Assembly: GCA_905478225.1 (NCBI GenBank) | Contig: CAJQHR010000023.1 | Coordinates: forward strand, 2,948 to 66,947 | From: an uncultured Crocinitomix sp. | GTDB lineage: Bacteria; Bacteroidota; Bacteroidia; Flavobacteriales_D; Crocinitomicaceae | Direction of reading: 5' to 3' | Length of the DNA stretch: 64,000 nt | Part shown: positions 57,622 to 64,000 of the stretch, one piece after another | Numbering within the stretch: the first letter of the stretch is position 1 | How the letters are laid out: each line of letters opens with the position of its first letter | Made by a program: the position numbers and the translations under genes | Notes under the pieces: model-generated | Told to the model about the DNA's origin: nothing | Database searches by the model: none | What the model saw: only the letters and a program-made list of their open reading frames with translations

Positions 57622-60600
57622 ATGAAAAACTATTACATTAAATTTCTATTCCTGCTTCTTATAGCTTGGGTCGGAGACTCCTGGAGTTTCGGTCAAATTG
57701 TAGGAACAAGCGCATACATTTACGGCGATAACGTAGAAATTGGAATCAATGATGCCGGACACGAAGGTGCTCCTCGCCAGATTGCTTCCAATAATCGCTC
57801 AAATCAAGGCCTTGCATCTCCAGTTTATTTTGGCTTCGTAGCAAACCCGCAACTGGACGGTTGGGGTAATTATGATGGTGACTTTTTTACGCCAGGTTCT
57901 CCTGAAAATGGATTTGGACTTGAAATTTCAGGCATCAATTACGGTAATAACGCCTCAGGATCACTCGAGCAAATCCCTGGATCAATTTCAAGTTATAATG
58001 TTGAAGGAGATTGTATTTTTGTTGAGTGGGATGGAGAAATAGCAAATGTCGAAGTACACATTGTGTATCGTTTAATTACAACAGAATTGTATTATACAAC
58101 TGAAGTAACATTAACCAATACCGGTGGGGCTGACTTAACAGATGTTTACTATTATCGAAATCTAGATCCTGATAACAACGTCACGATTGGAGGAGGATAT
58201 GGTACGCAAAATACAATTGTGGCGCAACCAACTCCCACTTGTGAAAAAGCGTTGGTAACTGCAACTCAAACTGGGCCATGGGATTCTTATATTGGACTCG
58301 GCGCAATTGGAGAAGAGTTTAGAGTATCATATGGCGGATTTGCAAACAGAGACGCTTCAAATATCTGGAATGGTGTTGGAGGTTTAACTGGTGTTGAAGG
58401 AGCTTCCGTATTTGCTGATCAAGCGATTTCGCTTGGACATAAAACAGAAACACTAGCAGTTGGAGTTCCTGAAACATTCCTTTTTACTGTTGTTTTAGAT
58501 GCCGCACAAATTGATGCCGCCATTGCAAGTCTCTATTATTTTGATTATGTAGGTGGCGGTGGAGTTATTGATGAATGTGCTCCTATTGTTGACACGGCGT
58601 TTACTTGTGCAGGTCTTCCTGTGGAACTAACAGTTGATGGACCAAGTGTTGAAGATTATATTTGGGTATGGACGCCACCAACTGGGTTAGATGTTGTTGA
58701 CGGACCGACGGTAAATGCAGCGCCGCTTGTTACAACAGAGTATACGGTTACTGGAACACCAGCGCTGATATGTTTATCTGCAACTATTGAAAAAACGATT
58801 GTCGTTGTTGTCACCCCTTCACCAATAATAGAGATAATTGACCCGGGTCCCCAATGCGGTGATTTTGATTTAACCACATTAGAGATAACTAACTTAGAAG
58901 GCGGACCTTTTGATTTGACTTACTATGGTGTTATTCCAGATAGTGTTGATCAAGTTGAAGGCCTTTGGGTAGGTGACTTGATTGGTCCTGGTGATACCGT
59001 ATATGTAATGATGGCAGATCCGGTTTCGGGATGTTATGATGTAGAACCTGTTGTAATTGATTTTAGTGGTGGTGCAATAGCAGGACCAGATAATGCGGAT
59101 GTATTATGCAATGATGCGGGTTCTTCACTAGATCTTCACAGTTTACTTGTCGGGGCTGATCCTGACGGAGTTTGGTCAGAAACGTCAGTTGTTCTTTCAG
59201 GCGGATTTGATGATCCGACTGGAGTGTTAACTGCAGACGGAGTTGATCCGGGTGTCTATACATTTGAATATATTGCCATTGGATTGGATCCCTGCGAGGA
59301 TGATACAGCAGAAATGGTCATTACGATCAACTTGGAAGCATTAGCCGGTTTAGATGGAACTGAAAGCATTTGCAGTACGGATGGCACAACGACAGATTTA
59401 GATGATCTTTTAGATGGCAATAATGGAATTGGAACTTGGTTGGAAACAACCGCAAGCGGACAATTCAATGCTGTAACAGGTGTATTTGATGCAAGCGGTT
59501 TGGCTGCTGGAGATTATACATTCACCTATGCTGTTGATGCAGTAGCACCATGCGTCCCTGATGTTGCAGATTTCACAATAACTGTTCTCCCAAATCCACC
59601 AATTGATGCAGGCGTAGATTTTGCAATTTGTGATGGAGATGCGTGCACATTAACAGGCGCTGGAGCAGGAATTGGCGGATCATATGCTTGGGACGGTGGC
59701 GTGACGGATGGCCTTGCATTTACACCAGGAGCGACAGCAACTTATGTGGTGACAGGAACAGATGCAAATGGCTGTATAAATACGGATGATATTACAGTAA
59801 CTGTGAATCCACTTCCTGCGATTGATGCGGGTGTAGATTTTGCGGTGTGTGACGGAGACATGGCAACATTAACCGGCGCAGGAGCTGGAATTGATGGTGT
59901 TTATATTTGGGATGGCGGCGTAACAGATGGTCTAGCATTTACACCTCTGGCAACCGCAACTTACACCGTTACAGGAACAGATGCACATGGTTGTTTGAAT
60001 ACAGATGATATTGAGGTAACTGTAAACGATTTACCTGCAGTTGATGCAGGAGCTGATTTTGCAGTTTGTGAGGACGATTTAGCAATCCTAACAGGAACCG
60101 GCGCAGGTGTTGGAGGAGTTTATGTTTGGGATGGTGGCGTAACAGATGGTGTAGCATTTACGCCGCTTGCAATCGCAACATATACCGTCACAGGAACAGA
60201 TGCTAACGGATGCATAAATACAGATGACATTGAGGTAACGGTAAATCCATTGCCTGTAGTTGAAGGAGGTCCAGATGTTACGATATGTTTAGGTGATTTG
60301 GTCACATTGACAGGCGGTGGTGCTGGAATTGGTGCAGGTTATATTTGGACTGACGGTGGGGTGGATGGAGTGGCATTTAGTCCAGATGCGACGGCAACTT
60401 ATACGGTGACTGGCACAGATGCAAACGGTTGTGTAAATACAGATGAGGTAACTGTTGCTGTGAATCCTTTACCAGTAATTGATGCAGGGCCAGATGTTGC
60501 AGTTTGCGACGGAGATCCAGTCACGTTAACAGCTTCTGGAGCTGGTATTGAAGGAGTTTATGCATGGGATTGGGGTGTTACAGATGGTATCCCTTTTATT

Positions 60601-61692
60601 CCTTTAGCAACTGGAAATTATACCGTGACCGGAACAGATGAGAATGGTTGTGTGAGCACAGATGCTGCCTTAGTTACAGTAAATGAAATTCCAGTAGTTA
60701 GCGCAGGACCAGATGTGGAAATTTGTACAGGTGATATGGTAACATTAATAGGTTCTGGAGCAGGAATTGGAGCAGGCTATTTATGGACTGGTGGAGGAAT
60801 AGACGGCGTGCCATTTTCACCAGGGATCACGGCTTCATATAACGTAACTGGAACGGATGCGAATGGTTGTTTCAACACAGATGATGTGATGGTTACTGTC
60901 CATCCTTTGCCTTTAGTTTCGTTTACAGCAGATGAATTAATTGGTTGTGCACCATTAAACGTAGAATTTACGGCACTTGAAGCTGGAGCAGAATTTGAAT
61001 GGGAATTTGGAGACGGTGGATTAGGTGATGGTGGCACAACTAGTCATTCATTCTTACACACAGGTGTTTATGACATTACGTTAACGATCACTTCAAGTGA
61101 AGGGTGTGTGTCGTCAGTGACGTACAATAGCTATATCAATGTATCGAATACGCCAGTCGCACAATTCTCTTTTTCACCGTACGAAATTGATGTAATTGAT
61201 ACCCGTGTCTATTTTTCTAATTCAACTATATATGCGGATACTTATTCATGGAGTTTTGGTGATGCAAGCGCAACGAGTGATGAAATTGATCCAGAACACA
61301 TGTATGAACCAATTGGGAATAGAAATTATACAGTGACTCTCACCGCGACCAATGAAAATGGTTGTGAGGATGAGACGCAGCAAGTGATTTATATTAAGGA
61401 TGTATTGCTCTACCATATACCAAACGCCTTTACACCGGATGGCGATACCTTTAATGAATCGTTCAAGCCTGTATTCGTATCTGGATTAGATATCTATGAT
61501 TATCATTTAATGATCTTTAACAGATGGGGAGAAATCGTTTTTGAATCATTTAACGCAGACTTTGGTTGGGATGGTTACTACGGTAGCGAAGGTCTAGTTG
61601 ATGATGGCGTTTATATTTGGAAAATGGAATTTGGAGAAACTATGAGTGATAAAAAACACTATGTCGAAGGACACATGTCTGTTCTGAAATAG
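57622..61692 (+). CDS. Very large T9SS type-B cargo adhesin with six tandem 73-aa modules
   Basis: 1356 aa with a signal peptide. Domains in order: ~300-aa N-terminal domain of unknown family, Ig-like modules, six 73-aa repeats, two PKD-like modules, and the CTD HIPNAFTPDGDTFNESF...IFNRWGEIVFES...GVYIWKMEF. Confidence 0.85.
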   Translation: MKNYYIKFLFLLLIAWVGDSWSFGQIVGTSAYIYGDNVEIGINDAGHEGAPRQIASNNRSNQGLASPVYFGFVANPQLDGWGNYDGDFFTPGSPENGFGLEISGINYGNNASGSLEQIPGSISSYNVEGDCIFVEWDGEIANVEVHIVYRLITTELYYTTEVTLTNTGGADLTDVYYYRNLDPDNNVTIGGGYGTQNTIVAQPTPTCEKALVTATQTGPWDSYIGLGAIGEEFRVSYGGFANRDASNIWNGVGGLTGVEGASVFADQAISLGHKTETLAVGVPETFLFTVVLDAAQIDAAIASLYYFDYVGGGGVIDECAPIVDTAFTCAGLPVELTVDGPSVEDYIWVWTPPTGLDVVDGPTVNAAPLVTTEYTVTGTPALICLSATIEKTIVVVVTPSPIIEIIDPGPQCGDFDLTTLEITNLEGGPFDLTYYGVIPDSVDQVEGLWVGDLIGPGDTVYVMMADPVSGCYDVEPVVIDFSGGAIAGPDNADVLCNDAGSSLDLHSLLVGADPDGVWSETSVVLSGGFDDPTGVLTADGVDPGVYTFEYIAIGLDPCEDDTAEMVITINLEALAGLDGTESICSTDGTTTDLDDLLDGNNGIGTWLETTASGQFNAVTGVFDASGLAAGDYTFTYAVDAVAPCVPDVADFTITVLPNPPIDAGVDFAICDGDACTLTGAGAGIGGSYAWDGGVTDGLAFTPGATATYVVTGTDANGCINTDDITVTVNPLPAIDAGVDFAVCDGDMATLTGAGAGIDGVYIWDGGVTDGLAFTPLATATYTVTGTDAHGCLNTDDIEVTVNDLPAVDAGADFAVCEDDLAILTGTGAGVGGVYVWDGGVTDGVAFTPLAIATYTVTGTDANGCINTDDIEVTVNPLPVVEGGPDVTICLGDLVTLTGGGAGIGAGYIWTDGGVDGVAFSPDATATYTVTGTDANGCVNTDEVTVAVNPLPVIDAGPDVAVCDGDPVTLTASGAGIEGVYAWDWGVTDGIPFIPLATGNYTVTGTDENGCVSTDAALVTVNEIPVVSAGPDVEICTGDMVTLIGSGAGIGAGYLWTGGGIDGVPFSPGITASYNVTGTDANGCFNTDDVMVTVHPLPLVSFTADELIGCAPLNVEFTALEAGAEFEWEFGDGGLGDGGTTSHSFLHTGVYDITLTITSSEGCVSSVTYNSYINVSNTPVAQFSFSPYEIDVIDTRVYFSNSTIYADTYSWSFGDASATSDEIDPEHMYEPIGNRNYTVTLTATNENGCEDETQQVIYIKDVLLYHIPNAFTPDGDTFNESFKPVFVSGLDIYDYHLMIFNRWGEIVFESFNADFGWDGYYGSEGLVDDGVYIWKMEFGETMSDKKHYVEGHMSVLK
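59590..60903 (+). repeat. Six in-frame tandem 219-bp (73-aa) coding repeats
   Basis: Unit boundaries at 59590, 59809, 60028, 60247, 60466 and 60685 were checked codon by codon. The unit consensus is PLP-x-[IV]DAG-x-D-x-x-[IV]C-x-GD-x-x-TLTG-x-GAG-x-x-G-x-Y-x-WDGGVTDG-x-AFTP-x-ATATYTVTGTDANGC-x-NTD-x-[IV]-x-VTVN. DNA identity between units appears roughly 75-80% by eye over the units inspected, and many differences are synonymous. Confidence 0.9.
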
Positions 61693-61704
61693 GTAAGAAT
61701 CTCA

Positions 61705-61746
61705 AAAAAGAAAAACCCGCTTCAAATTAATCGAAGCGGGTTTTTT
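61705..61746. terminator. Bidirectional rho-independent terminator between convergent genes
   Basis: Stem cccgcttc (61716-61723) / gaagcggg (61733-61740), flanked by an A-run on the left and a T6 run on the right. Confidence 0.8.
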
Positions 61747-61763
61747 ATGTTCTTTTTTTAGTC

Positions 61764-62477
61764 TTAGGCCATTGTATGAAAAACTTGTTGAACGTCATCT
61801 TCATCTTCAAGTCGTTCAATTAATTTGTTTACAATTTCTTCATCTTCTTCAGTTAGTTCTTTTGTTTCTAATGGAATGCGCTCTAGAGCCGCCTCCTTTA
61901 TTTCCAATCCTTTTTCTTCTAAACCACTTTGTATATTACCAAAATCTGCGAATTGACCGTAAATGATAATTACATTTTCCTCCTCATCTTTATCAATTTC
62001 CTCTGCGCCGTGGTCAATCATTTCAAATTCAAATTCCTCCACATCAATTTCGCCGGCTTCAATTTTAAACATACATTTCCTTTCAAAAGCAAAATCTAAA
62101 CTACCGGTAGTTCCAAGGGTACCATCACATTTATTAAAACAAGCTCTAACATTTGCAACCGTTCGGGTGGTGTTATCTGTTAAGGTTTCAACCAAAATGG
62201 CAATACCAAATTGGGCGTAACCTTCGTATACTCTTTCTTCCCAATTCTCAGTGTTTTTGTCAGATGCTTTTTTAATGGCGCGCTCAACATTGTCCTTTGG
62301 CATGTTAGCCGCTTTTGCATTCTGAATAATCACACGTAAACGTGAATTGGTTTCAGGGTTTGGACCAGCGTCTTTGACGGCTTTTGAAATCTCTCTCCCA
62401 ATTTTCGTAAAGGTTTTGGACATGGCGCCCCACCTTTTCATCTTACGTGCTTTTCTAAATTCAAATGCTCTTCCCAT
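61764..62477 (-). CDS. yebC: YebC/PmpR-family transcriptional regulator
   Basis: 237 aa. MGRAFEFRKARKMKRWGAMSKTFTKIGREI is the canonical YebC N-terminus. Confidence 0.9.
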   Translation of the reverse strand: MGRAFEFRKARKMKRWGAMSKTFTKIGREISKAVKDAGPNPETNSRLRVIIQNAKAANMPKDNVERAIKKASDKNTENWEERVYEGYAQFGIAILVETLTDNTTRTVANVRACFNKCDGTLGTTGSLDFAFERKCMFKIEAGEIDVEEFEFEMIDHGAEEIDKDEEENVIIIYGQFADFGNIQSGLEEKGLEIKEAALERIPLETKELTEEDEEIVNKLIERLEDEDDVQQVFHTMA

Positions 62478-62739
62478 AATGATTATTGATAATTCCCAAA
62501 TATAAGAACCTACATGCGACTATCCAAAATGGAATGCGTTTTTTGTTGAATTTTCTAGAAATAAAAAGAATAGCTAAAGTCCACCTTTTCAGTGAAGGTT
62601 TCGTCCGTGAAAAATGCAATTGGAAGTTCATGTTTGGCAACAGCATCCATTACTTGCTCCCAAACATCTCCTTAATAATCGTGAGTTATGAATTAATGGT
62701 TCACGCCATTTTTTTTCTTTACTTTTTCCAAAAAGGGAT

Positions 62740-62859
62740 CTAATCTAAAGGACAGAACCGAATTTCTCTTAAAGGATCAAAAATTGCTGCTTCGCCATTA
62801 CTCTCAATATAATATGCTGCATGGGATAAACACCCCGTATATATTTGTTCTAATTTCAT
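62740..62859 (-). pseudogene. Remnant of an MBL-fold metallo-hydrolase gene (N-terminal ~30 aa recognisable)
   Basis: Hand translation gives MKLEQIYTGCLSHAAYYIESNGEAAIFDPLRE, then IRFCPLD*. The first 32 aa look like the conserved N-terminus of Bacteroidota MBL-fold (beta-lactamase/rhodanese-type) hydrolases of about 470 aa, as I recall them. Only about 380 nt separate this start from yebC, and they contain stops in all frames. Confidence 0.5.
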
Positions 62860-62985
62860 TTGAATCAATTTTAATTATTTAATGATACAAAAGTACGGAA
62901 TGACTTGAGAGAGTTCTGTGTCAAATGTTACACAGAAGCAATGATAATAGTCAGGTTTTGGATGTGCTATTGGTTTGTAGGCTCT

Positions 62986-63762
62986 TCATTCAACAATGTT
63001 AAACAAACCTTTCGCCTTATCCCGGCTGTAGCGATTAAAGTGCCACCACTCGGTTTGAATTCCCCAAAAACCGCCGGAACGCATTACGTCGCGCAGCAAA
63101 CCTCTATTGTCAATGTGCTGTTGTGATAGCATTCCTGAATCTAAATAAGCCGCTTCGTGTCTTGGATAGGCAATTTTTCGAATGTCATCATAACCGGCGC
63201 CCATGTCTAATACAACACCATTAGTATATGCAATGGTCAGGTCTACCGCTGCACCGTAATTATGCAATGAGCCGTTTTTAGGATTGGAAACGAACTTCAC
63301 TTTCTCGCCAATGGGCATATCTAAAATATCCCACATGAATTGTTGAACGCTTCGCGGACGAACGCCATCATATACTAATAAAGTTAGTGAGGAGTCTATT
63401 TCTTTTAACTTGGCTTGACACTTTTTTAAATCTTCTGCTACGGAAGGCTGCAAATACACACGGTTTAAATGACCGTAAACATCTGTTTTCATGAAGTTAT
63501 TCGTATCTGAATATCTTACATCTGTTAATATGCCCGGTATTATTGCTTCAATATTGACTAATCCGCTATCTATTAATCGTTGTTCTAATGTATCTATTGT
63601 GTAAATGGGGTCAGGTTCGGGAATAATTTCAGTAATTATGGTGCCTGTTTCTACAGTTGATAAAGTATCAATTATATCATTATTGGAACTATTTTCAGTA
63701 TTTTTCTCTCCTGAGCAAGCTTGAAGCATAAATTGGGAGAATAGAATCGTAAATAAGCGCAT
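62986..63762 (-). CDS. M15-family D-alanyl-D-alanine dipeptidase (VanX-like), lipoprotein
   Basis: The ATG at 63762 gives MRLFTILFSQFMLQACSGE (lipobox); the track start at 63834 is a TTG. VanX-type motifs are YDGVRPRSVQ, SLHNYGAAVDLT and EWWHF. Confidence 0.8.
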   Translation of the reverse strand: MRLFTILFSQFMLQACSGEKNTENSSNNDIIDTLSTVETGTIITEIIPEPDPIYTIDTLEQRLIDSGLVNIEAIIPGILTDVRYSDTNNFMKTDVYGHLNRVYLQPSVAEDLKKCQAKLKEIDSSLTLLVYDGVRPRSVQQFMWDILDMPIGEKVKFVSNPKNGSLHNYGAAVDLTIAYTNGVVLDMGAGYDDIRKIAYPRHEAAYLDSGMLSQQHIDNRGLLRDVMRSGGFWGIQTEWWHFNRYSRDKAKGLFNIVE

Positions 63763-63763
63763 A

Positions 63764-64000
63764 ATGTCAGATAAATTAAGATCAAATATACCGAATTTGC
63801 TGTTGATGGTAAAACCGAAGCATTTTGGCTTCAATTCTGAAACGGCGCATTCAAATCACTTCCAAAATAATTCAAGTATAAATAATTTGAAAGCTGTTGT
63901 GGATAATTGTTTTGAAAAAGTATTGCAAGTGTTTAATCAAAATGGAATAGCCTATAAAATTTTTGAAGATCAAGAAGAATCATCACCTGATGCGGTATTT
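63764..64000 (+). CDS. Amidinotransferase-fold protein (arginine deiminase-related / CtlX-like), 3' end beyond the window
   Basis: Hand translation from the ATG at 63764 gives MSDKLRSNIPNLLLMVKPKHFGFNSETAHSNHFQNN...SSPDAVF. The blocks [LM]-x-[KR]-P-x-x-F-x-x-N-x-x-TA-x-x-N-x-FQ and PDAVFPNN are typical of this family. Confidence 0.6.
   Translation, partial: MSDKLRSNIPNLLLMVKPKHFGFNSETAHSNHFQNNSSINNLKAVVDNCFEKVLQVFNQNGIAYKIFEDQEESSPDAVF

Noticed and set aside
59590-60903. Regularly spaced 219-bp repeats, considered as a possible CRISPR-like or satellite array.
   Set aside because: The repeats are contiguous with no unique spacers, in frame, and encode conserved 73-aa protein modules inside a continuous 1356-aa ORF.
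2154-63126. About 75 short ORFs (60-132 aa) in the six-frame track lie antisense to, or out of frame inside, larger genes. Examples: 2154..2378, 2870..3163, 7119..7439, 10012..10311, 16865..17263, 23174..23524, 26044..26400, 37313..37675, 58656..58877, 62905..63126.
   Set aside because: Each is fully embedded in a longer ORF that has strong family signatures. Their compositions mirror the opposite strand (for example Ser/Ala/Thr-rich peptides opposite Ala/Pro or Gly/Thr-rich linkers). None has a signal, motif or promoter of its own.

Overview
Low-GC chromosomal segment that reads as Bacteroidota, probably Flavobacteriia. The evidence is five Type IX secretion (T9SS) cargo proteins (one type-A and four type-B C-terminal domains), TAnnTTTG -7 promoter boxes 12-45 nt upstream of many start codons, and phylum-typical gene pairs (DUF368/ComA/TPR; GMC oxidoreductase with a Tat-signal small subunit). 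There are about 43 protein-coding loci. Housekeeping genes include tsaC (partial), typA, a DeaD-type helicase, a 2-oxoacid dehydrogenase E2, menD, yebC, an FtsX/LolE-type permease, a DUF1343 (NamZ-type) protein and a histidine kinase/response regulator pair. I found no rRNA, tRNA, CRISPR array or recognisable defence or toxin-antitoxin system, and I cannot name a clearly novel system. Points worth a second look: (1) Two tandem genes have PorE/PG1058-like architecture. In the second, the signal peptide is out of frame, the two frames meet at an A_AAA_AAA run, and there is also an in-frame TAA. (2) A beta-propeller/PP2C sensor gene is split by one in-frame TAA. (3) An intact IS4-family element with a 9-bp target duplication sits 26 nt upstream of a 1356-aa adhesin gene and carries an outward-facing -7 box. 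(4) Two tandem T9SS adhesins have L-type lectin-like N-terminal domains and are followed by a BNR-repeat protein. (5) An uncharacterised three-gene outer-membrane cassette contains two paralogs. (6) There are further gene remnants (a 5'-truncated PspC gene and an MBL-hydrolase stub). (7) A 16-nt motif recurs next to four terminators. Coordinates of several starts were corrected by hand from the ORF track, which had called TTG/GTG codons as M.
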